A DNA stretch of 64,000 nt from Bacteroidales bacterium (GCA_036656055.1 JAVVOY010000001.1:33662-97661), one strand, 5' to 3'; positions 37,952 to 50,850 are shown, counted from the first letter of the stretch. Notes: generated from the letters alone by a model not told the origin. Program-made: numbers and translations.

Positions 37952-37996
37952 AATAAGAATGGGCTGTCGAACAAAGTTCGACAGCCCATTCTTATT
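37952..37996 (+). terminator. Intrinsic terminator of glnN
   Basis: 21-bp stem aataagaatgggctgtcgaac/gttcgacagcccattcttatt with a 3-nt loop, followed by ttaatt. Confidence 0.8.
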
Positions 37997-38091
37997 TTAA
38001 TTAATTTGGAATATTTTCTGAATAGACCTATCATATTTAGAGCAAACCTAATTATTTTTTTATGTTTGTTTCGGTAGTTTTGTTTTCATAT

Positions 38092-39156
38092 CTATAACTT
38101 TCTGTATGTTGCCGATACGGTAGCGTTTTTTGTGGGCTTAAATGAATAGCTTTTATCTTTAAGATATTTTTTGGTTATATCTCTTCCGTTTATTAAAATA
38201 TTATTCACCTCATATCCTGTAATAGGTTCTACTTTTATTGTTATTTTATCTCCTTTTTGTGCGCAATCTCCCGATTTTATAGGTGCTTCGCCATTGTAAA
38301 CAGTTATATGACCTCCGCTCTCTTCTTTTTTATAGAATTTAACCCAATCTATAAGCATTTCAACTGGAAGGTCTTTGCCGGTTACCTCGCCTACCCATGA
38401 GCCCCCAAGTTGCATGTCTATTATCAAGAAGAATTCTTGATTGAAAGGGAACTGATCTTTTGCTCCGTTTCTAGGGTAAACCATTGTAACCTTTCCATTA
38501 ACAGTCAACTTGACGGTATCTTCACCCATCTCTGCACCATATATATTATAAACGTTTTTGTCAATGTCAGGTGTCACATGTGATAATGGATTTTCTTTGC
38601 TGACATTGAATGTATAGTTTGTATGTAGTGTTTGATATGCTATGTTTTCGTAATTAAGGTGTTCCATCATATCAATCTCTGCATAAATTGGGCAGCCATC
38701 AGGACAACTTTTGGGCATCATCCATATTGCCGGCCATGCTCCTTGTGCGGAACTGAATTTAGCTTTTACTTCAATTCTGCCATTTGTAAAATTCTTTTTG
38801 TCGCGAGATTGTATCCCTCCGCAAATATATTTGCGCGTCTCTCCTGTAATAGTGCTATCGCTGCTATTTTCAATTCCTTTCAGCACAATATTGCTATCGC
38901 TGAATCCAAAGCATCCTTCGTACGAAGAGAGGTTTTTTCTCCAGTCTGAATTTTCTCCGGGAAGAGGTTCTATTACTGACCATACGTTTCTGTCGAGAGT
39001 ATCGGTATTGAAATCATCTTCCCATATCACTTTCCAACCTGTCGAATATTCATTGTTTATCGTTATTGTGTATGACTTTGTATTATCGGCTGCTACTATT
39101 AGAATATTTGTAATCATCACAGTTGATAATATTACTTTTAAAATATTTTTATTCAT
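38092..39156 (-). CDS. Glycoside hydrolase family 16 protein (short paralog)
   Basis: 354 aa with a signal peptide. GH16 catalytic motif EIDMMEH (ExDxxE). One C-terminal beta-sandwich repeat. Confidence 0.85.
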   Translation of the reverse strand: MNKNILKVILSTVMITNILIVAADNTKSYTITINNEYSTGWKVIWEDDFNTDTLDRNVWSVIEPLPGENSDWRKNLSSYEGCFGFSDSNIVLKGIENSSDSTITGETRKYICGGIQSRDKKNFTNGRIEVKAKFSSAQGAWPAIWMMPKSCPDGCPIYAEIDMMEHLNYENIAYQTLHTNYTFNVSKENPLSHVTPDIDKNVYNIYGAEMGEDTVKLTVNGKVTMVYPRNGAKDQFPFNQEFFLIIDMQLGGSWVGEVTGKDLPVEMLIDWVKFYKKEESGGHITVYNGEAPIKSGDCAQKGDKITIKVEPITGYEVNNILINGRDITKKYLKDKSYSFKPTKNATVSATYRKL

Positions 39157-41222
39157 TATATTTTTATCTTATATGTTTTACTGCCTATTCTAACTAAATA
39201 TATCCCTGATGAGCAAGGGATTGTTGTTGTTCCTTGCAGTATTATCTTGTTTATTAGAATTCCATCTATATTGAAAATTTCCGCTGTTATTTTATTTTGC
39301 GATGTTATAACTATGGCATTTTCATTGGCATAAACTTTTATGTTACTGACTGTATTAACCTCTTCTATTCCGCTCTTTCCGCTGAATTGTATATCTATTG
39401 TTGCATTGTCGTACAGATTGAAAGTAGCCTTGTTGTTTTTTACTGAACTAATCCGATTAATGCCATTAATATTATATTTTTGAATTGTTTCTCCGTTTAT
39501 TGGATTAAAGTTTATTGTTATGTTTTGTCCGTAATTTAACAATGCTCTGTTGTTGATAGGATTCTCTTTATCGTCTGTTAAGGTCATGGTGCCTCCACCG
39601 TTAACTGTATATTCTACTGCATATTGTTGGGCTTTGTATGTTGCGGATATTATTGCATTTTGTGTAACGGGAAAAGTGTAACTGTCATTTTTAAGATATT
39701 CATTAGTTATATCTGAACCGTTTACAAAAACTTTGTCTATTTGGCAGCTTAGTGAGGGATTAACTTTTACAGTGATGTTATCTCCTTCTCGTACGTTGCC
39801 TCCTGAATTTATAGTTGTTGAACCATTTTTTACCGTTATAGTACCTCCTTTTTCGTCCTTTTTATAAAACTTAACCCAATCTATCAGCATCTCAACGGGT
39901 AGATCTACTCCTGTAACGGGTCCAACCCATCCTCCTCCGAGTTGCATATCAAGCATAAGGAAATACTCCTGATTGAAAGGGAACTGATCTTTTGCTCCTG
40001 TTCTTGGATAGGCCATTGTTACTATTCCGTTAAACATGAGTTTAACAGTGTCTTTTCCCATATCTGCACCGTATGTATTGTAATCGTTTTTGTTTGTATA
40101 TGCAGGTGTTACATGTGCCAAAGGGTTTTCTTTGTTAACGTTCATCGTGTAATTGGTGTGTAGGGTCTGATATATTATATTCTCATAGTTGAGGTGTTCT
40201 GAGATGTCTATCTCGCTGTAAACAGAGGGGCCATAAGTGGAATATTGTGGCATCATCCACAGAGCCGGCCATGCTCCTTGAGCAGAAGTGTGCTTGGCTC
40301 TTATCTCTATTTTCCCCCTCATAAAATCTTTTTTGTTAAATGTTTCAATTCCGCCACAGAGATATGTGCGTTTATCTCCGGTGATAGCTTCTCCTGGGTT
40401 TCTTATCCCTTTCAGCACGATACTTCCATCGCGGAAGTCGAAGCAGCCATCGTATGTAGACATGTTTTTAAGCCAATCAGGATTATTACCGGGGGTAGGA
40501 CCGCCTATTTTCGACCATGTTTTTAAATCAAGTGTACCTGAATTAAAATTTTCTTCCCAATCGAGTTTCCACTCTGATGAGTAATTGTTGGTGAATTCAA
40601 CTTTGTAATAAGGGGCTCCTTTTTTTACTGTTATTATAAAATCAACTACACATGGACCATGGGTATAGCTTGTGATTAAACACGGATTTATATTGTCCCA
40701 GTTAACAATAAAACGGGCTCTGTAATTGCCTGGAGCTAATGTTGAAGGAATTGTGAATGGTAGGTGATTAAGTTCTGCTGGGGTGTTATCACCCGAAACA
40801 GATTCTCCTTTGCTGTTTCGTTCTCCGGCGCATGTGTATGAGACTAATTCGCTGTCAACTTCCGGTACTCCGGTTGCCCCTAACTTAGGTGTGAAGACTT
40901 CGTCTTTATTATAGTCTATCCAGATATATCCGTGCATCCATTCGCCGGTCCAATTTGCTGATGGGGTTATCTGTGCTCCTGAAGATGTTGTGAAAACTGT
41001 GGCTGTTTTATCAAAGTAAACTGTTGCTCCATTCGCTGCAGATTGGTTTACTGTTACTGTTGTTGTATTAATGCCATCACTTAAACTGAATGAATTCAAT
41101 TTACGGTCGTTAGTTGTTCTTGTAGATGTACCGAATCCAGTACAATATGCAGCAAATGTGTCGTGGCAATTAAATAATGCGACACAGATTAAAAATGTGG
41201 TAAATAGGGTCTTCTTATTCAT
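39156..41222 (-). CDS. Glycoside hydrolase family 16 protein with a GEVED-like N-domain, two repeat domains and a T9SS C-terminal sorting domain
   Basis: 688 aa with a signal peptide. N-domain (YC...FSLSDG...WIDYNKD...PCVVDFIITV). GH16 core with EIDISEH. The C-terminal tail ...IFNIDGILINKIILQGTTTIPCSSGIYLVRIGSKTYKIKI is typical of Por/T9SS CTDs. Confidence 0.85.
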   Translation of the reverse strand: MNKKTLFTTFLICVALFNCHDTFAAYCTGFGTSTRTTNDRKLNSFSLSDGINTTTVTVNQSAANGATVYFDKTATVFTTSSGAQITPSANWTGEWMHGYIWIDYNKDEVFTPKLGATGVPEVDSELVSYTCAGERNSKGESVSGDNTPAELNHLPFTIPSTLAPGNYRARFIVNWDNINPCLITSYTHGPCVVDFIITVKKGAPYYKVEFTNNYSSEWKLDWEENFNSGTLDLKTWSKIGGPTPGNNPDWLKNMSTYDGCFDFRDGSIVLKGIRNPGEAITGDKRTYLCGGIETFNKKDFMRGKIEIRAKHTSAQGAWPALWMMPQYSTYGPSVYSEIDISEHLNYENIIYQTLHTNYTMNVNKENPLAHVTPAYTNKNDYNTYGADMGKDTVKLMFNGIVTMAYPRTGAKDQFPFNQEYFLMLDMQLGGGWVGPVTGVDLPVEMLIDWVKFYKKDEKGGTITVKNGSTTINSGGNVREGDNITVKVNPSLSCQIDKVFVNGSDITNEYLKNDSYTFPVTQNAIISATYKAQQYAVEYTVNGGGTMTLTDDKENPINNRALLNYGQNITINFNPINGETIQKYNINGINRISSVKNNKATFNLYDNATIDIQFSGKSGIEEVNTVSNIKVYANENAIVITSQNKITAEIFNIDGILINKIILQGTTTIPCSSGIYLVRIGSKTYKIKI

Positions 41223-41403
41223 AAGTAGTTTATTTGTATTTTTTATAAATTACAAAAAAAATGATATTTAAATTGTTAATGACAAATATAATGAATATTT
41301 ATTAAGTAAGATAATAATGGTGTTAGAATATTAAATAATATAATATTGTGAGTGGTATTTACTCTTATTGGTTGTTTGTATGTAAGGGTTTTATGCTGGA
41401 CTG

Positions 41404-41447
41404 AAATAAAAAAACGGCCGTGTTTGTAGTTCTACAAACACGGCCGT
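41404..41447 (-). terminator. Intrinsic terminator of yidC
   Basis: 17-bp stem aacggccgtgtttgtag/ctacaaacacggccgtt. On the - strand it is followed by tttttttatttc. Confidence 0.85.
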
Positions 41448-41469
41448 TGATATGATGTGGTAACTGGTC

Positions 41470-43362
41470 TTATCTTTTTCTCTGTTGTTTTTGGCGTTCG
41501 CGAATAACAGCCTCTTTGCGTTTTTGTGCTTCTTCAAGGCGTGCCATCCATCCATTCTTTTTACGTGGTTTTTTCTGATTCTCTTTTAACTTTGCCAGCA
41601 CTTTTCCTTCGTTTATGAATTTACGGAAAGCATAGGTTTGCAAAATTGTTATCAGCAACGATACGAAGTAGTAGTAACTAAGACCGGCTGCATAATTATT
41701 GAAGAATACGAGAAACATAAGTGGCATCATATACATCATTGCCTTCATCCCCGGCATTTGCGGACTTCCGGCGGTATTTTCCATATTTATCTTTGTGTAG
41801 AGAATGTTTGTTATTGTCATTAAAAGACAGAACAGACTTATATGATTTCCGAAGTATGGCGTTATTATTGGGATATATGTGCTCCAAGAATATATTGAGT
41901 CGTAAGAAGAGAGGTCTTGCGCCCAAAGGAATGGTTCTCCTCGCAACTCTATTGATGATGGGAAAAATGCAAACATTGCAAGCAAAATAGGCATCTGTAA
42001 CAACATCGGAAGACATCCGCTCATTGGGTTTGCGCCTGCGCGATTGTAGAGATCCATTGTTGCGCGTTGGCGATCCATAGCTTTATCTGTCCCGGGGAAT
42101 TTTTGGTTTATCTCCTCTATCTGCGGACGTAGAACGCGTATCTTGGCTGTCGACATATATGATTTATAAGTGAGCGGAGCTAAAATTATCTTTATTATTA
42201 ATGTAAGCAACAGTATTATAACTCCGTAGTTACTTATGAATTTGCCGAGGAATGTGAATATTGGTATTATAAATGCCGTATTTATCCATCGGAAGAATTT
42301 GTACCCGAGGGGTATTAGTTTATCCAGATTGAGTTTGTTGGCATCGTCAAAATTTTTATCATATCCGTGCAGTAGTGGATAGAGGTTAGGTCCGAGAAAA
42401 AACTTAAATCCAGGACCGCTTTTTGATGCCGGATTATAGTCTATGGTGCTTTTAAGGCTGAAATCTTTTAGATATGTGTCATTGTCAGTGATTGGCGTAG
42501 AGCTAATGTCGACACCGTTAAACTTGTAATCTGCAATGAGAGCTGAAGAGAAGAACTGGTTCTTGAACCCGATCCATTTTATTCCAAGGTTTATTGTTTG
42601 TTTGTCTTCTTTTGTCTCTGATAGATAGTCTACTTCGGAGCCTACAAATTTGTAGTATATACTGCTGTTCCGTTCTTCAAACATCCGCCCTTTCTCTTGG
42701 CTTCGTAGACGTTGGTTCCAGTAAAAATCAATGTTGGCAGTATTTCTGGGGAGAACTTTGTCCATCCCCTCCTGCGTAATCTTCATATCTAACATGTAGC
42801 TGTTTGCCGGAAGGATGTAAACGATATTGAAACGCTCTCCGCCGTTTGATATAAGAGACATTGTTAGTGTGCTGTCATTTACTTTTATTGGGGTAAAGTA
42901 TAACTCTTCGGTCCCTATTACACGCCCACGTGTCTTAAATATGAAACCGTAATTGTTCTCTTCTTTGTTAAAGAGTATCAGTGGGAGTGAATCGTGTGTC
43001 TGATACTCTTTGAGTCGTGCTTCTGACAATTGTCCGCCTTTTGTGCTGAACTGCAATGCTACAACGCTGTTCTGCATAACTAATATACTGTCTTTTCCTG
43101 CGGCGGCGTTTGAAAATTCCCCGAACTCTGTTTGCAACTTATTTGTAATAAAAGAAGAGTCGTTAAGTAGTGAGTCTTCTTTTATTGCAATAGATGCAGT
43201 GGTATCGTCTATCGCGGACAATCCCTTTTGTTCTACCTTTGCGATGGAATCGTTGTAACGTATTGTTGATTCAATCTCTTCCTGAGACGGGCGAGAGAAC
43301 CATGAGTATCCGAAGAGGAGTGCGGCGATTATAAGAAATCCTATAATGGTGTTTTTGTCCAT
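41470..43362 (-). CDS. yidC: Membrane protein insertase YidC
   Basis: 630 aa. N-terminal TM, a large periplasmic domain, the conserved C-terminal 5-TM core (...GCLPMLLQMPILLAMF...), and a basic tail. Confidence 0.93.
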   Translation of the reverse strand: MDKNTIIGFLIIAALLFGYSWFSRPSQEEIESTIRYNDSIAKVEQKGLSAIDDTTASIAIKEDSLLNDSSFITNKLQTEFGEFSNAAAGKDSILVMQNSVVALQFSTKGGQLSEARLKEYQTHDSLPLILFNKEENNYGFIFKTRGRVIGTEELYFTPIKVNDSTLTMSLISNGGERFNIVYILPANSYMLDMKITQEGMDKVLPRNTANIDFYWNQRLRSQEKGRMFEERNSSIYYKFVGSEVDYLSETKEDKQTINLGIKWIGFKNQFFSSALIADYKFNGVDISSTPITDNDTYLKDFSLKSTIDYNPASKSGPGFKFFLGPNLYPLLHGYDKNFDDANKLNLDKLIPLGYKFFRWINTAFIIPIFTFLGKFISNYGVIILLLTLIIKIILAPLTYKSYMSTAKIRVLRPQIEEINQKFPGTDKAMDRQRATMDLYNRAGANPMSGCLPMLLQMPILLAMFAFFPSSIELRGEPFLWAQDLSSYDSIYSWSTYIPIITPYFGNHISLFCLLMTITNILYTKINMENTAGSPQMPGMKAMMYMMPLMFLVFFNNYAAGLSYYYFVSLLITILQTYAFRKFINEGKVLAKLKENQKKPRKKNGWMARLEEAQKRKEAVIRERQKQQRKR

Positions 43363-43391
43363 ACTAAAAATTAAGAGGGGTAATTTTATGC

Positions 43392-45050
<1,659 letters not shown>

Positions 45051-45564
45051 CTAATTTTTGAGTAGTGCATTTTGCCATACCATTATATTCTCTTTGTGAT
45101 GTGTCTTTTATTTTTATATCATTATCTAGCGGGCTAAACATATATGATTAAAATAAAAAATACTCTCTCAAACAGTTCCAAAATAATATAGCACTAATTA
45201 TTTTGCACTACTTAATAATGAAAATTCAATCTGCAAAAGTAGAAAAAAATATCCAGATAATAGAGACAAAAATCTATTATTTGTCAGGTTTTGTTTATTA
45301 CGTCTTTATTAGGTAGTGTTAAATAATAAATTACGAGAACAATTACTGCTTTTATTAAATATAGCCGTATTATACTCTATTTTATAGTGTAAAAGTTTTA
45401 ATGCTTATCAAAAAATAACTAAGTTTGCGTTTTAATATGAATTTTTTCTTTGTTTATCAAATAAGAGAGTTGTTCTTAATTATACTGTATAATGCGGTAG
45501 TTGTCTCAAAAAAATTCTTATAAATTTTTATCCGGCTTTAAATACATCCTAATTTATTAGCATA

Positions 45565-47001
45565 ATGAAGAAATTTTTACCTGTTTTATTATTATTTATA
45601 TGTACTATTGTTGCTGTTGGATCGGTTTCTGCTACAATGACTTCGTCTGTATCGGGGAAGAAACAGACGACAGTAGGTCATGCGAAAGTTGATAACCATC
45701 TTTTAGATTATCTTAAAAAAATGTATGAACTTAGGGGGGATACTATTCCGGCTGCCTTGGTTGTTGCTGCTGATACGCTTGGGATAAAACATGGAGGTTA
45801 TCCTATAACGGATTATATAATGTCGGTATCGGATATTAATTTAAACTCTGAACGTATCGCTGATCCTATGTTTCTATCTTTGGTTTTTGGAAAATATGAA
45901 GCACCTCGCAGTGTTGTCTTGTCGCAAAAGGTTGTATCTATGGGTAATGTAGGTGGAAACAATCGGCTCAAACTTGACGATAATGCTTTAGAACGGTTCT
46001 CCGTGAGCAATGCAGATATAGTTAAACGTAATGCGTATCTTTATGTACTAACTAATCACCCTGAGAATGTAAAATATACTACTCTGACGCTACCTGCTGC
46101 ACCTAAACCTGAGAAGTCAACGCGTCCTATGCGAAAAAATATGATATCTATTAATACTCCGCCTCCAGTCCCGGTTACAAATTTGCCATTAGAGACTCCG
46201 CCTCCGCCAAAGTTATGGAAGAACCATTATACAAGTTCAATACAAGTATCAGAGGCGTATATATCTGCTAATTGGTATCAAGGTGGCGAGAGCAACTTCA
46301 ACCTTATAAGCGACCAGTTATACACAGTTAATTTCGATAATAAGAAGAAATTGCTTTTCTCCACCTCGGTACAGTGGAAATTGGGTATAAATACTGCTCC
46401 ATCGGATTCTGTTCATAAACTTAGGATTAATGAAGATCTTTTTCAGATAAACTCTATGTTTGGTATAAAAGCGTTTAAGAGTTGGTACTATACTGTTTCT
46501 ATGCAATTTAAAACGCAGTTTTTTAACAGTTTTGAAACTAATAGTAATAAGCAGATTACCTCCGCTTTTTCACCGGGAGAGTTGAATATTGGTCTCGGTC
46601 TTTCGTATAATCGCAAGATTGAACCACGGAAATTTGAAACATCTATAATGTTTGCTCCGTTGTCGTATAACCTTAAATTTGCATTGAGGGAGGATCTTGC
46701 TGCAAAAGCCGGAATCGCAGACGGAAAACTATTTGTAAATCAGGTCGGTTCCTCATTTGAGGCTAACTTCAAATGGGAATTTTATCGCAACCTTTCATGG
46801 AATGCAAGGATATTCTATTTTACAAATTACAAGTATATACTTTCAGATCTTGAGACGGGTATGAATTTTGCATTCAACAGATACTTCTCTACGCGTATAT
46901 ATTTGCATGCAAGATATGATGACAGTGTTGCCAAGAATAAGCGCGGAAACCATTTGCAGTTTAAGCAGCTTTTGAGTTTTGGGTTTAATTATAAATTTTA
47001 A
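45565..47001 (+). CDS. Putative outer-membrane beta-barrel protein (DUF3078-like)
   Basis: 478 aa with a signal peptide. NWYQGGESNF motif, alternating beta-strand pattern and a terminal aromatic residue (NYKF). The family assignment is from memory. Confidence 0.5.
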   Translation: MKKFLPVLLLFICTIVAVGSVSATMTSSVSGKKQTTVGHAKVDNHLLDYLKKMYELRGDTIPAALVVAADTLGIKHGGYPITDYIMSVSDINLNSERIADPMFLSLVFGKYEAPRSVVLSQKVVSMGNVGGNNRLKLDDNALERFSVSNADIVKRNAYLYVLTNHPENVKYTTLTLPAAPKPEKSTRPMRKNMISINTPPPVPVTNLPLETPPPPKLWKNHYTSSIQVSEAYISANWYQGGESNFNLISDQLYTVNFDNKKKLLFSTSVQWKLGINTAPSDSVHKLRINEDLFQINSMFGIKAFKSWYYTVSMQFKTQFFNSFETNSNKQITSAFSPGELNIGLGLSYNRKIEPRKFETSIMFAPLSYNLKFALREDLAAKAGIADGKLFVNQVGSSFEANFKWEFYRNLSWNARIFYFTNYKYILSDLETGMNFAFNRYFSTRIYLHARYDDSVAKNKRGNHLQFKQLLSFGFNYKF

Positions 47002-47102
47002 CTTTTGGTGTTTAAGATTTTAAATGCTTAGTGTGTATAAGTTATTCACAGGAGTATTAGGCACAATTTAATTTTTACGCTATTATTTTTACTTATAAAT
47101 AG

Positions 47103-47618
47103 ATGTTTAAGGTAACGATTATATATTTATTTGTTTTTATGACAAGTGTCTGTTATGCCGGAATTCGTATTACGGAGTGTCCTGAATTATGGGAGGCATA
47201 TAAAGATTTCTCTAATGATAAGGCAAAAGAGATATATGATGCTGCTAATGCGGATGATATTGAGGGTATTTGGGAAGATCATAATGGCGCAACTTTCCTT
47301 ATAACAAAATGTGATGTGAATGATTGCGGAATATCATACCGATTAATACTTATTAAAGATAAGAGTTTTTATGGTAATTGGCATAGGCTTTTGCCTTCGG
47401 GAACAATAATTGGTGTGTTGAAGATCAGTGCAGAAGAAGAGATATTCAGTTGTGATTACCGTTTTGGATTATGGGGAAAACCTATTAGATATTACCTTTT
47501 GCAGCGTGGAGGAAAGATTATGTTTATGAATGATTCCAACCAGATGTATAGCAAAAAAAGCGCTATAAAGATGTATCCTATTTACGAGAATTCTCCATCC
47601 CCATTAAAAAAGAGATAA
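47103..47618 (+). CDS. Hypothetical secreted protein
   Basis: 171 aa with an N-terminal signal sequence. No motif I recognise. Confidence 0.45.
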   Translation: MFKVTIIYLFVFMTSVCYAGIRITECPELWEAYKDFSNDKAKEIYDAANADDIEGIWEDHNGATFLITKCDVNDCGISYRLILIKDKSFYGNWHRLLPSGTIIGVLKISAEEEIFSCDYRFGLWGKPIRYYLLQRGGKIMFMNDSNQMYSKKSAIKMYPIYENSPSPLKKR

Positions 47619-47647
47619 TCAGGTTATAGGATAATATTTAATAAATA

Positions 47648-47687
47648 CCCCCTCAATAGTTTTTACTGACTTTTGAGGGGGTTTTTT
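47648..47687. terminator. Bidirectional terminator between the 171-aa ORF and glyA
   Basis: 9-bp stem ccccctcaa/ttgaggggg followed by tttttt on the + strand. The - strand side is AT-rich. Confidence 0.75.
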
Positions 47688-47722
47688 GTAATGATAATTT
47701 TATCTTTACGGTTTACTGTTGT

Positions 47723-49003
47723 TTAGTAAGCGAACAATGGATAATCTTTCATTGTCTTGTTCACCTCATCACGTACTGTTCTGATAACTTTTTCATCTTC
47801 CGGTGAAGACAGTACTATATCTATCATATCTACAATCTTTATCATCAGATTCTCTTTTGCACCACGTGTTGTGATTGCCGGTGTTCCTATACGGATGCCG
47901 GATGTAAGGAATGGGGAACGGCTGTCATATGGAACCATGTTTTTGTTTACCGTAATATCTGCGGCAACAAGGGTTCGTTCAGCAACTTTTCCTGTAAGCT
48001 CCGGAAATTTAGTGCGGAGATCTATCAGCATACAGTGGTTATCTGTTCCACCCGATATGATTTTGTACCCTTTATCTGTGAATGCTTTTGCCATGCAGGC
48101 TGCATTCTTTTTGACCTGTGCCTGATACTCTTTATATGATGGGTGGAGTGCCTCTCCGAACGATACTGCCTTTGCAGCTATGACATGTTCTAATGGACCA
48201 CCTTGTACCCCTGGGAATACGGCCGAGTTTAGAAGGGAGGACATATTACGTATCTCTCCTTTAGGAGTTGTTTTACCCCATGGATTTTCAAAATCTTTCC
48301 CTAATAAGATAATACCTCCGCGTGGTCCGCGCAGGGTTTTGTGTGTTGTCGATGTTACGATATGGGCATATTTTAATGGATTTTCTAAAAGTCCGGCTGC
48401 TATAAGTCCGGCGGGGTGTGCCATATCTATCATAAATATAGCTCCAATTTTATCTGCAATTTCGCGCATCCTAGCGTAATCCCATTCGCGAGAGTATGCT
48501 GAAGCTCCACCTATAAGCATCTTTGGACGTTCTCTGAGTGCAACCTCCTCCATCATATCATAGTCTACATATCCAGTTTCCTCATTAACGCCGTATTCGA
48601 GAGCGTTGTACATTAATCCCGAAAAATTCACCGGAGAACCGTGTGATAGGTGACCGCCGTGTGAAAGGTTGAGCCCGAGGAACTTGTCGCCCGGTTTCAT
48701 AACAGCCATAAATACGGCCATATTTGCTTGTGCTCCAGAGTGTGGCTGAACGTTTGCCCATTCTGCCCCGAATATCTCTTTTAAACGGTCTATTGCAAGT
48801 TGCTCTGCCAGATCGACAACTTCGCAGCCACCGTAATAACGTTTTCCGGGATAACCTTCGGCATATTTGTTAGTAAGGCAAGAACCCATTGCTTGCATAA
48901 CTTGTTCGCTTACGAAATTTTCAGATGCAATAAGCTCAATGCCTTTCATCTGGCGTTCTCTCTCTTTGTCAATGATGTCAAAGATTTTTGTGTCTCTTTC
49001 CAT
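47723..49003 (-). CDS. glyA: Serine hydroxymethyltransferase
   Basis: 426 aa with the PLP-lysine context [14 protein letters not shown]. Confidence 0.97.
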   Translation of the reverse strand: MERDTKIFDIIDKERERQMKGIELIASENFVSEQVMQAMGSCLTNKYAEGYPGKRYYGGCEVVDLAEQLAIDRLKEIFGAEWANVQPHSGAQANMAVFMAVMKPGDKFLGLNLSHGGHLSHGSPVNFSGLMYNALEYGVNEETGYVDYDMMEEVALRERPKMLIGGASAYSREWDYARMREIADKIGAIFMIDMAHPAGLIAAGLLENPLKYAHIVTSTTHKTLRGPRGGIILLGKDFENPWGKTTPKGEIRNMSSLLNSAVFPGVQGGPLEHVIAAKAVSFGEALHPSYKEYQAQVKKNAACMAKAFTDKGYKIISGGTDNHCMLIDLRTKFPELTGKVAERTLVAADITVNKNMVPYDSRSPFLTSGIRIGTPAITTRGAKENLMIKIVDMIDIVLSSPEDEKVIRTVRDEVNKTMKDYPLFAY

Positions 49004-49065
49004 AAAGTTTACTAATATGATTTTGTTATAAAACGTCTTTCTTATGCTGAATGCAAAGTTACTAC

Positions 49066-49779
49066 TTACAAAATTACCCCCAAAGAAAAACTCAATAAAT
49101 TTGTTGCGCGTTTCATATATATACTTCCTTGTGAGAGAAGTGATTCTCCTTCATACAGATAGTATGTGCCGGGTTTGCTTTGTACGGTTATGGCAAATTC
49201 ATATCTGAAATCGAGTATAAAACGAGAAATTTTTGTCGCCATTCCTATAATGAATGAGCCGGTTATTGGGTGTATTGGTTCGTTAATATCAAAAATATAT
49301 GTGCCAAAATTGTCTGGAGTATCATTATACTTATATGTATATCTCATTTTGGGACCGGCAAATAAGGATAATTCGTATGGTGCTTTTTTTACAAAATTAT
49401 ATCCGTAAAGCAGTGGTATATCAAGAGTGAAGGCAGATGCGTTTATACTTGTCTGGATTGTTGTGGCGGCATTAAATTTATCAATATCAAAAATAGTTTT
49501 GTTGCGGTAGAAAGATGTGCCAACCTCAAATTGCAGATAATGTCTATTTATATTTGTACGTCCGAATATTGCTATCATGGCTCCTATGCCTGATTCATTA
49601 CTTGGAAGTTCTGCCTCATGCCAGTTTATAAAAAAGCCCCGATTGCTTATGAAGGGGGCATTAACGCCGCCGATTAAACCGAAATTAAACCGTTGGTCTT
49701 TATTCCTCGGTTTTTTTTCTGCCCGTATTGTTGTGAAGATGAAAATGCAGCAGAGCGATATGAGTATTATTTTCCTCAT
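49066..49779 (-). CDS. Putative outer-membrane beta-barrel protein (porin-family/PorT-like)
   Basis: I trimmed the track start (49806) to the ATG at 49779, which gives the signal [20 protein letters not shown]. Alternating beta-strand pattern. ATGA overlap with the upstream gene's stop. Confidence 0.5.
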   Translation of the reverse strand: MRKIILISLCCIFIFTTIRAEKKPRNKDQRFNFGLIGGVNAPFISNRGFFINWHEAELPSNESGIGAMIAIFGRTNINRHYLQFEVGTSFYRNKTIFDIDKFNAATTIQTSINASAFTLDIPLLYGYNFVKKAPYELSLFAGPKMRYTYKYNDTPDNFGTYIFDINEPIHPITGSFIIGMATKISRFILDFRYEFAITVQSKPGTYYLYEGESLLSQGSIYMKRATNLLSFSLGVIL

Positions 49780-50351
49780 TTTTTTCGTTTTTTTTCTACT
49801 GACCATCCAAATTTGCCAATCTCTTTCCCTAGTTTGTAATAATGTCCGTGAGAGTATGCCAGAAGACCTGACTTTTCAAGCTCAAATCTACCGGTTTCAG
49901 AATCTATATATCTGTCGTCTGCAAGGAGCCCTTCAACACTTGCAATAAACATATCGTGTGTCCCTATTTTTATTATATTTTGAACTTTACACTCAATACA
50001 GAGAGGTGACTCTTTTATATAGGGTGCAGCTACATTTTTTGATGCAATAGGTGTTAATCCGGTCTCAATCCATTTATTGCAATTAGCACCGGAGCGTACA
50101 CCACACCAATCGGTTGCTTGGGCAATTGCTTCTGTTGTAAGGTTTATTACAAAAGCCTTGTTCTGTTCAATTATTTTATATGAGTGGCGACCTGGACGTA
50201 GTGATATGTAGCACATTGCAGGATCAGTACATATTGTCCCTAACCAACTTACGGTAATCAGATTATATTCCTCTTCGCTTTTTCCGCAGCTTATCAGGGC
50301 TGCTGGGAGCGGATATATCATCGTTCCTGGTTTCCATGCCTGATGTGCCAT
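49776..50351 (-). CDS. Flavin reductase-like (FMN-binding split-barrel) protein
   Basis: 191 aa. The PLPAALISCG...NLITVSWLG pattern is typical of flavin reductase-like domain proteins. Confidence 0.75.
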   Translation of the reverse strand: MAHQAWKPGTMIYPLPAALISCGKSEEEYNLITVSWLGTICTDPAMCYISLRPGRHSYKIIEQNKAFVINLTTEAIAQATDWCGVRSGANCNKWIETGLTPIASKNVAAPYIKESPLCIECKVQNIIKIGTHDMFIASVEGLLADDRYIDSETGRFELEKSGLLAYSHGHYYKLGKEIGKFGWSVEKKRKK

Positions 50352-50375
50352 ATCTTTTTAATAGTTTCTGAGTGT

Positions 50376-50837
50376 CTATGCCAATTTTATGTCTTCGCGT
50401 GTAACCACTTGTTCGCAGTATTTGCACTTTACCCTTACGGCATCTTTATCCTGAATGTAAAAAACAGTCTGCATTGGTTCATTATTTGTTATACATTTGG
50501 GATTATTGCATTTTATTATTCCACGCAATAGATCGGGCAGTTCTACCTCGTGCTTCTCCTTGACCTCATAATTGCGTATTATGTTTATTTTCGCTTTAGG
50601 GGCTATTATTGCTATCTTGTTTATCTCCTCCTCCTTGAAAAATGTATCTGCAATCTTTATAATTCCCTTTTTACCTATACGTTTGCTCGTAAAGTTGTTC
50701 CCGATTGTAATACTCTTGCTGATTTCAGACAGTTTTAGTATCTCTACAACTTTGAATAGTTTTTCGGAGGGTATATGATCTATTACGGTCCCGTTTTCCA
50801 ATGCCGCAACTTTCAGCTCTTTTTTTAATTCTACCAT
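50376..50837 (-). CDS. pyrI: Aspartate carbamoyltransferase regulatory subunit
   Basis: I trimmed the track start (50921) to the ATG at 50837 ([23 protein letters not shown]). C-terminal Zn cluster CxxxxC...CxxC (CNNPKCITN...CKYCE). Confidence 0.93.
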   Translation of the reverse strand: MVELKKELKVAALENGTVIDHIPSEKLFKVVEILKLSEISKSITIGNNFTSKRIGKKGIIKIADTFFKEEEINKIAIIAPKAKINIIRNYEVKEKHEVELPDLLRGIIKCNNPKCITNNEPMQTVFYIQDKDAVRVKCKYCEQVVTREDIKLA

Positions 50838-50850
50838 GATGAAAAATAGT

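Noticed and set aside
38044-38057. The 14-nt motif aaacctaattattt, shared between 38044-38057 and 57924-57937.
   Set aside because: It is a single short AT-rich match in two AT-rich intergenic regions, which is compatible with chance. Similarity does not extend beyond the 14-mer.
45061-45214. 9-bp long-range complementarity (agtagtgca / tgcactact) in the roughly 230-nt AT-rich region upstream of pyrG, as a possible leader structure.
   Set aside because: A single 9-bp match across about 130 nt is about what chance would give in a 560-bp region. It has no adjacent terminator-like element.
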